From an uncultured delta proteobacterium (GTDB lineage: Bacteria > Desulfobacterota > Zymogenia > Zymogenales > Zymogenaceae): a stretch of 64,000 bases of DNA. Position 1 is the first letter of the stretch, and the number at the start of each line of letters is the position of its first letter. Both the position numbers and the translations under genes were made by a program. The stretch covers positions 51,721-115,720 of the forward strand of contig CAWBYW010000035.1 of assembly GCA_963792965.1 (NCBI GenBank), in the 5' to 3' direction. A model generated the notes under the pieces. That model was not told the origin of the DNA, made no database searches, and worked only from the letters and a program-made list of their open reading frames with translations. Positions 19,152-29,735 of the stretch are shown one piece after another.

Positions 19152-20429
19152 TCAAATAAAATCATGGCCGTGGCCCCGCCGACCGCGCGTTACCACCCAA
19201 TAGGAAAGCCCGGAGACGATCATTGCCGGCAGCGACGCCCCCACCTCGGGAAAAAGTCGGTACATCAGGTGATAGAAGACGAACCCGAGGAGCCATGCGC
19301 CAAAGGCCCTGACGTTGAAGCCGCCCCGGTACCAGTATTTCCCCGTGCCTGAGAGCGCCGAGACATCGATCGCTTTTTTGCGGAGGATAAAGTAGTCGAT
19401 AAGCACCACCCCGAAGAGCGGGCAAAAGACCGAGCCGATGAGGAGCAGAAAGTTCTCGTACTCCTGGGCGGGAAAGACCAGCGCGACGGCCGTGCCTATC
19501 AGGCCCGCAAGGACAACCCCCCACCTTCCCTTCAATCGGGAGAAGATGCTCTGGGCCGAGACGGCTGCAGAAAAGATGTCCAAAAACGTCGTTGTAACGG
19601 TCGAGAAGACCACTACGAGGACCGCCGGCACGATCAGCCCGAACCTTCCCATCGTGTCGATGATCATGGCATCCGGGGTCTCGGTCCCCGTGGCGAGGGA
19701 AGTGATCAGCCCCAGCAGGTACATCCATGAGCCGACGAGGAAATAGCCCACCCACGTCCCCCAGAAGGCCCCCCGGGTGGTCTTTGCGAAGCGGGAGTAG
19801 TCCGACACGAGCGGGAGCCACGATATCGGCATCGCGATCACGAGGTCCAGCGCCAGGCCGAAACCCATCGGGCTCGTTCGGGAGGCGCCCGTCCGGACGA
19901 TGGAGCCGATATCGTAGGCGAATACGACCCGGTAGGTCATAAAGAGACAGAGAACTATCAGCATCGTCACCGCCGCCCGCTCGAGCCACTTCCATACTTC
20001 GTGGCCGGCAAGAGCCCAGAGGGTGGTGAGGATTCCGGTGGCCGCCGCCCAGATACGGTAGTCCACCGATGGGAAGAGCGAGCTCAACGCGTTTCCCGTG
20101 ACCAGAAGCATGACGGCCGTCCAGCCGATCAGTTGGACGATGTTCAGGGCCGCCGCAAAACGTGCGCCGAACACCCCGAATGCGGGCCGCACGGAGACCA
20201 TCGTCGGGACGCCGTGCCGGCTCCCGATGATGCCGCCCATGCCGAGGAGGGTGTTGCCGGCTACGTGACCGATGACGATGGCCACAAGCGCGGCCATAAA
20301 TCCCGCACCGGCCAGCGTGCCTCCGGCCCATATCTCGGCAAGCGAGACCGCCGCCCCCGCCCAGAGAAAGAAGAAGTCGATGCCGGTGAGATTTCTCTCG
20401 CCGCCCTGGTCTTTACCTTTTTTCCCCAT
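19152..20429 (-). CDS. cytX: Putative hydroxymethylpyrimidine transporter CytX (NCS1 family)
   Basis: LWAGAAVSLAEIWAG, LNIVQLIGWT, AMPISWLPLVSDYSR, STVTTTFLD; preceded by a TPP riboswitch. Confidence 0.88.
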   Translation of the reverse strand: MGKKGKDQGGERNLTGIDFFFLWAGAAVSLAEIWAGGTLAGAGFMAALVAIVIGHVAGNTLLGMGGIIGSRHGVPTMVSVRPAFGVFGARFAAALNIVQLIGWTAVMLLVTGNALSSLFPSVDYRIWAAATGILTTLWALAGHEVWKWLERAAVTMLIVLCLFMTYRVVFAYDIGSIVRTGASRTSPMGFGLALDLVIAMPISWLPLVSDYSRFAKTTRGAFWGTWVGYFLVGSWMYLLGLITSLATGTETPDAMIIDTMGRFGLIVPAVLVVVFSTVTTTFLDIFSAAVSAQSIFSRLKGRWGVVLAGLIGTAVALVFPAQEYENFLLLIGSVFCPLFGVVLIDYFILRKKAIDVSALSGTGKYWYRGGFNVRAFGAWLLGFVFYHLMYRLFPEVGASLPAMIVSGLSYWVVTRGRRGHGHDFI

Positions 20430-20490
20430 ACGGCCCCCCCAAAATAGAAACGCCGAAGCCCGGGGGAGCGGATTTCGGCGGATCTGTCAG

Positions 20491-20618
20491 TGCTTCCCTA
20501 CGCAGGCATTACCCTTGTCAGGTTCATGGGGTCATCGCATTTAACGAACTCTCAGCCTGCATTCGCTCGGCGGCGCGTGCATGCGCCATCCGCCCTTCCG
20601 AATCGGGCTCCCCCAGCA
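20491..20618 (-). ncRNA. TPP riboswitch upstream of cytX (long P3 region)
   Basis: Minus strand reads GGGGGAGCC...GGCTGAGA...ACCC..GAACCTGA...GGGTAATGCCTGCGTAGGGAAG. Confidence 0.9.
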
Positions 20619-20744
20619 TCTTTTTATACACTCTACCGCGAAACCACCGGCGAGTCAATGAATTTTCTTGACCATCCCGCTGATGGGGCGTACCATGATA
20701 TACATATTCGTCGGGCGGATTCTGCCCGAGCGATCTTTGAGAAA

Positions 20745-20817
20745 GAACGGGGGTGCCCATCGGGGCTGAGATCATACCCTTCGAACCTGATCCGGGTAAT
20801 GCCGGCGGAGGAAGTCC
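20745..20817 (+). ncRNA. TPP riboswitch upstream of thiD
   Basis: GGGGTGCCC...GGGCTGAGA.CATACCC..CGAACCTGATCCGGGTAATGCCGGCGGAGGAAG. Confidence 0.92.
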
Positions 20818-20837
20818 ACCAAAACAATATCGATAAC

Positions 20838-20866
20838 GGCCGCCGGAACCCCGGCGGCTTTTCTTA
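20838..20866 (+). terminator. Riboswitch expression-platform terminator
   Basis: ggccgccgg-aacc-ccggcggctttt immediately after the TPP aptamer. Confidence 0.7.
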
Positions 20867-20964
20867 TTTCTGTGACGTGAGCACGGCCGTGAAACTTGAT
20901 GAAATCAGCACCTCACGAGCAATCGGCCACGCACATCATCAAGCGACTGAAACAGGAGCATGAG

Positions 20965-21763
20965 ATGTTTCGCGTTCTCACCATCGCCGGTTCCGATTCC
21001 GGGGGAGGCGCCGGAATCCAGGCCGACATCAAGACGATCACGTCGCTTGGCGGATACGCCACGACCGTCCTGACGGCCCTCACCGCCCAGAATACCGTGG
21101 GGGTCACGGCGGTCCATGAGGTGCCTCCCGATTTTATCCGTGCGCAGTTTGATGCCGTCATGAGCCGACATCGGGACGGACGCCGCCAAGACCGGAATGC
21201 TGGCCTCCCCGCCGGTCGTTCGCGCCGTGGCCGAGAAGGTGCGCCAGTACGACATTGACAAGCTCGTCGTCGATCCCGTGATGGTGGCAAAGAGCGGTGA
21301 TACCCTTTTGTCCGGCGAGGGTAAGGATACCCTGATCGAAAAGCTGCTCCCCCTTGCCTTTATCGTCACACCCAACATCCCCGAGGCCGAGATTATCGCG
21401 AACATGAAGATCGGCGGCCCCGCCGACATGGAGAAGGCGGCGCGCTCCATCGCACGGCTCGGCCCAAAATACGTCATCGTCAAGGGGGGCCACCTCGAGG
21501 GAGAGTTGGTCGATATCCTGTTTGACGGGAGCGACTGCATCCGCTTTCCGAAGCCCCGTATCGACACCAAGAACACCCACGGCACGGGGTGTACCTTCTC
21601 CGCGGCGATCGCCGCGGGGCTGGCGGCGGGCATGGACGTGATGGCGGCGGTAGAGCAGGCCGAGGCCTATATCGAGATCGCCATCACCTTTTCCCTTGCG
21701 CTGGGGAAGGGTCACGGCCCGACGGACCACACGGCCTGGTTCATGCGTGAGAGAGAACGATAA
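20965..21763 (+). CDS. thiD: Hydroxymethylpyrimidine/phosphomethylpyrimidine kinase; one frameshift near 21165
   Basis: [60 protein letters not shown]; extra C in atgagccgac restores MSDIGTD. Confidence 0.9.
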
Positions 21764-21941
21764 ACGGTTATCGTCCCGGCCGTCCCCGTCTTCGGCGCAT
21801 CGCAACACGACCCCGGCACAAAGGAGCGCGCCCCCCGACCCTATCTACGACCGGGGGGACATCGGCAAGGAGCCGATGATCATGCTTTTAGGCACCGACC
21901 CCACGGACGTCGCGAGAAAGGTGCTCTTATTGCTCGATTGA
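21764..21941 (+). pseudogene. Eroded remnant of the ThiN (thiamine-phosphate synthase) domain of a ThiDN fusion
   Basis: After the thiD stop, in-frame PVFGASQH, then in another frame PDPIYDRGDIGKEPMIMLLGTDPTDVARKV; both are conserved ThiN segments with the intervening parts missing. Confidence 0.65.
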
Positions 21942-22006
21942 TTTTCTCTGGACAACGTGCCCGTTTTCATGTATGAAAGAGAAAACGGTTATGGGGATCC
22001 CCTCAC

Positions 22007-22753
22007 ATGGACGAGCAAAAGAGCAAGAAGCTGGACGGTGAGTTTCAGGGCCTCACGGTGCCCGAGGCGGCGCGGGCCTATAAAGAGATGGCCGATACGA
22101 TCCTGGCCACGATGTACGCGCTCGTCGCCGACGAGCTCCTCATCAGGACGAGAGATCGGATTGCTCGGGGGGACCCGATGACCCTCCTTGACATCGGCAC
22201 CGGCATGGGTAATCTTGCCGCCGAGCTCGCCAAAAGGTTCGGGGGCCACACCGTCATGGCGCTGGATCTTTCACCCGCGGTGATACGGGAGGCGGTTTCG
22301 CTCGGGGGGCTGCCGGAAGGTATTCGGCCGGTGGCGGGCGACGCCACACAGCTGCCCATGCGGGACGGCACGCTTGACGTCATCGCGTCCTACGGCACCG
22401 TCCACCACGTGCCGGACAAGACTCGCTTCTTCGCGGAGATCTATCGAGCGCTGGCCACGGGGGGCGTGGCGCTCGTTATCGACCTGAACAGCCAGGCCCA
22501 ACAACCGATCATCCATGTCATCGCAGCATCGCTCTCAAAGGCCGCGGCCGGCGCATTTCTGGAGTCAATGAGGGAATCGGTCGCGCCCGGTATCGTCGAA
22601 GAGATCCTTCGCGGCGCCGGTATCCCCGACTTCACCGTGACCACGTCCCCCATCTCCCGCCGGGCTGTGGCGATGAACGCCGATGCGCTCAGAAAAGCTC
22701 CCCTCAGGGTCCCCCCTACCGCGATCGTCTGGGGGGCGCTGATAAGAAAATAG
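22007..22753 (+). CDS. Class I SAM-dependent methyltransferase
   Basis: LLDIGTGMG motif I, ALDLS, GDATQLP, EIYRAL. Confidence 0.85.
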   Translation: MDEQKSKKLDGEFQGLTVPEAARAYKEMADTILATMYALVADELLIRTRDRIARGDPMTLLDIGTGMGNLAAELAKRFGGHTVMALDLSPAVIREAVSLGGLPEGIRPVAGDATQLPMRDGTLDVIASYGTVHHVPDKTRFFAEIYRALATGGVALVIDLNSQAQQPIIHVIAASLSKAAAGAFLESMRESVAPGIVEEILRGAGIPDFTVTTSPISRRAVAMNADALRKAPLRVPPTAIVWGALIRK

Positions 22754-22773
22754 GCGAAAAGACGACCCTCCCC

Positions 22774-23439
22774 TTATCCGTACCATTTCCCGAGCAGCAT
22801 CTTTACCGCCTCGAACGTTTTTTCCAGCGTAAAAATATCGTTATGAAGGGCGTTCTTGATCTCAATGACCTCTTGGCCCTGCGATTTCAGCTCGACAGAT
22901 AATCTGACTATCTCCGGGACGTCTCGGCTCCCAAATATAATCCCTGTGGGCCTCTCAACGGTGGCTTTCCAGGTCGGCAGCTTCTTGAGAGTCACAAAAT
23001 TCACCCCGGCATAGGACTCGCGGACCCGGTAACCCCGAAAGCCCTTGATGATTTCTTCCGTCTGCGGACTATACGTCGTTTCAAGCGCGGGAGATATCCC
23101 GATAGCACAATCGGCCGCGCTGATCAGCGAAAGCCGACCGCCCGATGAGTGTCCAATTGCGACGACCTTACCGAAGGCACGGCAAAATTCAACGGCGGCC
23201 TGTACGTCCGCCAGGACATCCTCATCAAATGGGAGCGCATGCTCTCCATGGCCTCTGAGATCAATGGCGCACGCGGTGATTCCCGTTTCTGCCACCCGCC
23301 AGGCCAACCCGAGTAGTTCTTCCTTGCACCCACCATACCCATGGACGACCACCGCAGCCCCGCGCGACTTGTCCGGCTTTATCATTACTGAGGGAACGGC
23401 AGATACGCCGGCCCGAATAAAATAACGCTCAATGTTCAT
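22774..23439 (-). CDS. Alpha/beta-fold hydrolase
   Basis: VVVHGYGG, IDLRGHG, GHSSGG nucleophile elbow; ATG 23439 with GGAGG RBS. Confidence 0.85.
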   Translation of the reverse strand: MNIERYFIRAGVSAVPSVMIKPDKSRGAAVVVHGYGGCKEELLGLAWRVAETGITACAIDLRGHGEHALPFDEDVLADVQAAVEFCRAFGKVVAIGHSSGGRLSLISAADCAIGISPALETTYSPQTEEIIKGFRGYRVRESYAGVNFVTLKKLPTWKATVERPTGIIFGSRDVPEIVRLSVELKSQGQEVIEIKNALHNDIFTLEKTFEAVKMLLGKWYG

Positions 23440-23572
23440 ATAATCCTCCAGGGTGCCGTGACGGATTACCGAAGGGAGGTGCAGCGACAACAGGATCTCT
23501 ATATCGCAGCGTTAGATGTGGAAAGTCCGAGACTCGGAAAGTTTAACCCGGCCCATGGTTACCCCCACCCCT

Positions 23573-26506
23573 TTATCCCTCCTCCCCCATCAGCCCGTAC
23601 TTCTTCATCTTCCGCCAGAGGGTCGTCCGGTTCATGTTGAGCGAGCGGGCGGCAAGGATCCGGTTTCCGTGGTATTTCTTCAGCGCCTCGTCGATGATCT
23701 TCTTTTCCGACTCCGTGACCTCTTCCCGGAAAGAGGCGCGGCCCCCCAACGAGCCCCCAACCTTTTCCAAGAGCGATCGCGGCAGGTGGCGCTCCTCCAG
23801 CATCCCGCCGCCCGAGATCACCACGCTGTGCTCGATGATATTCTCAAGCTCTCGCACGTTTCCGGGGAAGTCATAGCGCATCAGGACGTCCATGACCCCG
23901 TCGGAAACCCCTGAAATATCCTTTCCCATCTTGACGGCGAATTTCTCCACGAAATGGTTCACGAGATACGGGATATCGTCCCGCCGCTCCCTGAGCTCCG
24001 GCAGCGATACCTTGACCACGTTGAGCCGGTAGAAGAGGTCCCCCCGGAACGTGCCCGCGGCCACCGCCGCGGCCATGTCCTGGTTAGTGGAGGCGACGAT
24101 GCGCACGTTGCTCTTGATCGTGCCGACCGACCCGAGCGGCTCATACTCCTTCTGCTCTAACACGCGCAACAGCTTCACCTGCAGCGGCTTTGCCAGGTCG
24201 CCGATCTCGTCTAAGAGGATCGTACCGCCTTCCGCGAGGGCGAACCTCCCGGGCTTGTCCTTCACCGCGTTAGTGAAGGCGCCCTTGACGTACCCGAAGA
24301 GCTCCGACTCAAGCAACGTATCCGGCAGGGCCGCGCAGTTGACCGCCACAAACGGCCCATCCCGCCGCGTGGAGAGGTTGTGTATGGCGCGGGCAAAGAG
24401 CTCTTTGCCCGTCCCGCTGTTGCCCTCGATCAGCACGGTGCTGTCGCTCTCGGCGATGTAGGGGAGGATGTCGAAGATCGCGTGGATCTTTTTGTTCTTG
24501 CTGATGATATCCTGATAGGTATATTTCTGGTCGATCTCCTTTTTCAGCTCGACGATCTCGGAGATGTCGCGGAAGGTGACGACGCTGCCGAGGGCTTTCC
24601 CCTCCCGGTCGGTGAGCAGCACGATCGAAAGCATGATCGGTACAAATCTGCCGGAGCCCGCGATGAGCTCCATCTCGTGGTTGGTGATTGTCTTCTCGGC
24701 CTCGACGGCCGAAAGGATCGCCGAGATGTCTTTTGAGCCGGGCTTTCGGAATATCTCGGACAGGGGCCGTCCGAGGATACGCTCGCGGCCAACCCCCATG
24801 ATTCGGGTCGCGGCGGCGTTCGTGGAGGTGACCTCGTGCTTCATGTTGGCGATGAGTATTCCGTCCGTGACGCTGTCAAGCGTCGTCTCCACGACCTTCT
24901 TGCGCTCGGTGACATCGCGCCCGATCCCCCTGACCTCGGTGATCCGGCCGTTTTCCCGGACCAGGCTCTCCCGTACCTCGATCGTCCGCACCAGGCCGTC
25001 CCTGCCCTGAAACTCGATCTCGAAGGGGCCGATCTCCTCCCCGGCCATCTGTCGTTGGAAAAGCTCGCTCCCATATTTCTGGCTGGCGGGGGTCATAAAC
25101 TCGCCGATGTTTTTGCCGACGGCGTCGGCCAGTGAGTAACCCGAGTCGTCGCAGAGCGATTTGTTGGCGAACAGGACCGTCCCCTTACCGTCGGCCACGT
25201 AGAGGTAGTCGCTCATGGTGTCCACCAGCTCCCGGTATTCGGCCTCCGACTCCCTGAGCGCGCGCTCGACCTTTTTCCGCTCGGTGATGTCCCGGGCGAT
25301 CCCCTGCACCTCGACGACATGACCGTCCTTCCAGACCGGGCGCTCCTTGGTCTCAATCGTCCTGACGTTGCCGTCCCGATCGTAATATTCCAGCTCCAGG
25401 ACACCGATCTCTTCACCCGAGCTCTGCCGCCTGAAGAGCTCCTCTAAGTATGAGACCGACTCATTGGTGAAGAAATTTATGATATTTCTGCCCTTCAGCT
25501 CATCCGCGGTGAATCCCGAGCGGTCCGCGACTGCCTGATTGACGAACGTGATATCACCCTTGTTGTCCAGGACGTAGACAAAATCCCTGAGGTTATCCAC
25601 CAGGTCCCGGTACTTCTTCTCCGACTCGTGGATCTTCTCTTCGGCGCGCTTCCTTTCGGTGATGTCCTCGCAGACGCTCACGATGAAGAGGGGACCACCG
25701 CTTTCGTCCTGGACAACGTCTGTCGTCCTGCTGACGGGAAAGGCGGTGCCGTCCTTTCGAACGTTGGTGGTCAGGCGGGTAGCCCCCTTCAGGTGCGCCA
25801 TCTCTTCCGGCGTTATCTCATGCCAGAGCTCCTTCGGCGCGAGAATCCGGGAGGGTTGCCCGATCAATTCCTCGACCGAATAGCCGTGCATGCCGGCCTC
25901 TGCGGGGTTGGTGTATATAATGGAGCCGGAAATGTCCGTAACGGTGACTCCGATGGTACTGCTCTCCACCGCCTTCCTCAGCGTCCTGAGCGATTCCTCG
26001 GCCGCCTTTCTCTCGCTGATCTCGCTGGTGAGCTGCTCGTTTGTCTCCTTGAGCTCGGCCGTCCGCTCGACCACCCGTACCTCGAGCTCGTCGTGCGCTT
26101 TTTTCAGCGCCTCTTCGATTCGCTTTCGCTCCAGCGCGTAACGGATGGAGCGAACCAGCGTCCGGGGGTCGATCTCTCCTTTGATGAGATAGTCCTGGGC
26201 GCCTTCCTGTACGGCGCGGATGGCCGTCTTTCTATCGGAGATCGCCGAGCAGACGACGATAGGGACCGTGGGGGCGTGCGCAAGCACCGCCGAGAGCGTA
26301 TTCAGTCCCTCCGAGTCCGGCAGGATGAGGTCCAACAGGACTAGGTCGATATCGCCCTTGTCCAGGAGCTTCTTTCCTCCCGCGAGATCACCCGCGGTCG
26401 AGAGCCTGAAGACCTCGTCCTTCGTCTCGGTCAGCATATCCGAGATGAGCCGCCTGTCCCAGTCGTTGTCCTCGATTTGGAGGATATGCATCGGTCTTTC
26501 TGTCAT
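23573..26506 (-). CDS. Sigma54-dependent activator: receiver + 4 PAS + AAA+ + Fis-type HTH
   Basis: REC (LVLLDLILPD), repeated PAS-PAC ends (DITERK), GNSGTGKEL, ESELFGYVKGAFTNA, FRGDLFYRLNV, PGNVRELEN, RTTLWRKMKKYG. Confidence 0.93.
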   Translation of the reverse strand: MTERPMHILQIEDNDWDRRLISDMLTETKDEVFRLSTAGDLAGGKKLLDKGDIDLVLLDLILPDSEGLNTLSAVLAHAPTVPIVVCSAISDRKTAIRAVQEGAQDYLIKGEIDPRTLVRSIRYALERKRIEEALKKAHDELEVRVVERTAELKETNEQLTSEISERKAAEESLRTLRKAVESSTIGVTVTDISGSIIYTNPAEAGMHGYSVEELIGQPSRILAPKELWHEITPEEMAHLKGATRLTTNVRKDGTAFPVSRTTDVVQDESGGPLFIVSVCEDITERKRAEEKIHESEKKYRDLVDNLRDFVYVLDNKGDITFVNQAVADRSGFTADELKGRNIINFFTNESVSYLEELFRRQSSGEEIGVLELEYYDRDGNVRTIETKERPVWKDGHVVEVQGIARDITERKKVERALRESEAEYRELVDTMSDYLYVADGKGTVLFANKSLCDDSGYSLADAVGKNIGEFMTPASQKYGSELFQRQMAGEEIGPFEIEFQGRDGLVRTIEVRESLVRENGRITEVRGIGRDVTERKKVVETTLDSVTDGILIANMKHEVTSTNAAATRIMGVGRERILGRPLSEIFRKPGSKDISAILSAVEAEKTITNHEMELIAGSGRFVPIMLSIVLLTDREGKALGSVVTFRDISEIVELKKEIDQKYTYQDIISKNKKIHAIFDILPYIAESDSTVLIEGNSGTGKELFARAIHNLSTRRDGPFVAVNCAALPDTLLESELFGYVKGAFTNAVKDKPGRFALAEGGTILLDEIGDLAKPLQVKLLRVLEQKEYEPLGSVGTIKSNVRIVASTNQDMAAAVAAGTFRGDLFYRLNVVKVSLPELRERRDDIPYLVNHFVEKFAVKMGKDISGVSDGVMDVLMRYDFPGNVRELENIIEHSVVISGGGMLEERHLPRSLLEKVGGSLGGRASFREEVTESEKKIIDEALKKYHGNRILAARSLNMNRTTLWRKMKKYGLMGEEG

Positions 26507-26847
26507 AAGGTAACCTTTTTGCGCATTTTAGCACATTGTTTCAGCGAGTCAAATAAATAGTCTCATGCGCGCAACCTTTATGTTGGACGTTGCACCACTT
26601 GAAACAATAGTACGAGACGGCCGGTCCCGCGGATATGACGCCTGTCACTGTTCCTTCTCATCTTTCGCTTGACGACGCACCGGCCCGGTGATAAGTTTAA
26701 AAAGGCTCCGACCCGGCGAGGTGCGGGAGACGAGCGCGCCCACGCTGGAGGAATCGTGCCTTGTCGGGCGGGTATCGGCGCACGTAGGCCGCCACACCGC
26801 GGGATTACATGAGCCCATCCCACTGAGACTCAGGAAGAGGAAATAAG

Positions 26848-28444
26848 ATGACCAACTATTTCTTTACCAACGGCACCGTCCTGACGATGGAAGGTGAAAC
26901 AATCACACGCGAGGCATGCGCCGTTCGGGGAGACACGATCCTCGGGACAGGTACGTCGGCCGACATGAAGGCCGCCCTCCGGGCGGGGTATGAGGAGATC
27001 GACCTCTCCGGGGGGCTGCTCGTGCCCGGCTTTGTCGACTGCCACCTCCACCTGGTGCTCTCGGCCTACTTCAAGATGAACATCGACCTGGCAAATGCTG
27101 CATCTGTGGACGAGGTGCTCTCGATCATGGGCAAGAAGGCCGCCTCCCTCCCCCCCGATAAATGGATCATGGGGCTGAGGTTTCGGGAGGACAACTTCCC
27201 CGACAAGCGGATACCGACACTGGCCGAGCTTGACCGCGCGGTGCCGAATAACCCCCTCCTCTTGATCCGCTACGACGGCCACACGGCGCTGGCCAATTCC
27301 GTGACGATGGCCGCGGCCAAAATCACGGGAGAGACCCCCGACCCACCGGGCGGGGTCATCGTGAAAGAAGGCGGACGGCCCACCGGGGTCTTCAGGGAGC
27401 TGGCCATCGACCTCGTGCTTGCCGCCTTCCCAACGCCGGACGTCGAGGAGTTCCGGACGGGATTCGTCGGCTTCATGGAGGACATGCTGAGGTTCGGGAT
27501 CGTGCGCGTCCAGTCGGTGCTCCAGACGGGGTCGCTCGGCCCGTCGGGGAGCCTCGGGCCCTTCGAGATCCCCCTGCTCAAGCTCTTCGAGCAGCAGCTC
27601 CACCAGCAGGTCTATCCGCTGGTCGCCGCCCCCACGGCCGACGTGGCCGTCAAGACGCTCGTCGAGCAGTTCGGGGCGAAGAAGGAGGCCGGGCGCTGGC
27701 GCGGCGGGGCGCTCAAGCTCTTTGCCGACGGCACCTTCGGCTCGCGTACGGCCTATTTTTCCGAGGACTATTCCGACATGCCGGGCGAGCGGGGGATGCT
27801 CGTCAAGGAGCCCGATGCCCTGCGCGACATCATCTTCGCGGCCCACAAGGAAGGGCTTCAGACGGCGATCCACGTCATCGGGGACCGCGCGATCAGCGAG
27901 GTGGCCGGGATGTTCAAGGAGGCCAGGGACAAATTCGGCGGGCCGGATCTGCGCCACCGCATCGAGCACTGCGGGATGATCAACCCACAGGACTTCAAGA
28001 CGATCAAGGACGCCGGGATTATGCTGTCGTTTCAGCCGTCGTTCATCGTCTCGGAGGGAGCCTGGATGGAAAGCCGCGTGGGCAAACGTCGGCTCGGCAA
28101 CGTCTACCCCATCAGACGGGCGATCGACGCGGGCATCCCGGTCTGCGGCGGGTCGGACTCTCCCATCGAGGTGCCGGACGTCATGGCCGGCGTCTGGGGG
28201 ACGGTCGTGCGGGAGGGGTTCACAAAGGACCAGGCCATAACTGCCGTACGAGGCGCTCTCGCTCTACACGAGCCGGGCCGCCTATTCGTCGTTTGACGAG
28301 GACGTCCGGGGGACGATCACGAAGGGCAAGCGGGCCGACCTCGTCGTGCTCGAGAAAGACCCAAGGAAGGTCGAACCCGACGAGATCAAGGACATTAAGG
28401 TGAAGATGACGATGATCGGGGGCGAGGTCAGATACGGGGGATAA
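26848..28444 (+). CDS. Amidohydrolase family protein (Amidohydro_3/YtcJ-like); one frameshift near 28247
   Basis: PGFVDCHLH, KLFADG, IHVIGDRA, RHRIEH, GSDSP; the alternative frame continues YTSRAAY...GKRADLVVL...TMIGGEVRYGG to TAA 28444. Confidence 0.85.
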
Positions 28445-28571
28445 CCCGGACGGATCATCGACAAAGCTACGAATCCGAGATGCGCGCACGCACTTGGAGT
28501 TCCCGTTGTCTCTCGCGGCGGGGCGGGCATAGAGCCAACCCGTCTTTCTTTGCCGACCGAAGGAGGCGTCC

Positions 28572-29678
28572 ATGAACGTTCGCGAGCGCTTTCTTGCCAT
28601 GTGTCGTTTCGAGAAGCCGGACCGCCCGATCAGGTACGAGGGCTGGGGGTTCTGGCCGGAGACCTACGCCCGATGGCACACCGAGGGGCTTCCCGAGACG
28701 GTGTGCGACCACGTCTTTTCGGCTCCCGCCCATTTCGGATACGACCCATTGACCTGGCTCCCCATAGCCGCGGCGGACGTGGAGCCCGGGTTCTGCCCGA
28801 GGTTTGACGAGGACGTGCTGGAAGAGACGGAGACCTATGTAACCAAGCGCGACGGCGCGGGCAAGACCGTGAGGATATTCACCGACGGCCGCTCCACCCT
28901 CCCCCAGGAATTGGAGTGGCCCGTCAAGACCCTCCACGACTACGAGGATCTCGCGTGGCGCCTCGACCCCGAAAGCCCCGAGCGGTTCACGTCGATCCTT
29001 GACGTCTTTATATCCATGGCCAATTCCCTCGGCGACAATAACTACACCACCTCCTACGTCTGCGGGCTCTTCGGCACGTACCGTCACCTGATGGGGCTGG
29101 TGGGGATGTCGGTCGCCATACGCAGGGACCCCGCGCTGTTGCATACCATCGCCCGCCGGTGGGTGGAGCTTAACGCCACAATGCTCATCAAGGTCAGGGA
29201 GAAGGTCCCGATGGACCGGGTCTTTTTCTGGGAGGATATGTCCTACAAGAACGGGCCCATGATCTCGCCGAAAGTCTTCCGGGAGTTCATGACGCCCTAC
29301 TACACCCAACTGATCGACCGGGTGAAGGCCGAGACGGATATCACCGTCTTTTCCGTCGACTCCGACGGCAACCTCGACATCCTGATCCCCCTCTTCATGG
29401 AGACGGGGATCAACATGCTGTCCCCCTTCGAGGTCCAGGCGGGCATGGATATCAGGAAGGTCCGCGAGCGCTACCCGGACCTGATCATCTTCGGCGGCCT
29501 GGACAAGCGCGCGCTGGCCGAAGACGAGGCGGCGATACGCCGCGAGGTCATGGATAAGGTCCCGTTCATGCTGGAGCGCAGAGGATATATCCCGGGCCTC
29601 GATCACTGGACGCAGCCCGAAGTGTCGCTGAAAAATTTCATGACGTTCCTTGAGATAGTCCGGGGGCTGCCCGCATAG
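28572..29678 (+). CDS. Uroporphyrinogen decarboxylase / MtaA-CmuA-like family protein
   Basis: FWEDMSYKNGPMISP, VDSDGN, PFEVQAGMD, GGLDKR, YIPGLDH. Confidence 0.8.
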   Translation: MNVRERFLAMCRFEKPDRPIRYEGWGFWPETYARWHTEGLPETVCDHVFSAPAHFGYDPLTWLPIAAADVEPGFCPRFDEDVLEETETYVTKRDGAGKTVRIFTDGRSTLPQELEWPVKTLHDYEDLAWRLDPESPERFTSILDVFISMANSLGDNNYTTSYVCGLFGTYRHLMGLVGMSVAIRRDPALLHTIARRWVELNATMLIKVREKVPMDRVFFWEDMSYKNGPMISPKVFREFMTPYYTQLIDRVKAETDITVFSVDSDGNLDILIPLFMETGINMLSPFEVQAGMDIRKVRERYPDLIIFGGLDKRALAEDEAAIRREVMDKVPFMLERRGYIPGLDHWTQPEVSLKNFMTFLEIVRGLPA

Positions 29679-29735
29679 CACGCGCAGCCGAGCAACCTAA
29701 CCACACACGCGTAACACCATCACGGGGGATGACCA

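Noticed and set aside
21761-21763. Stop-codon readthrough or selenocysteine extending ThiD into ThiN
   Set aside because: The stop is TAA, and the downstream ThiN is heavily deleted and frameshifted.
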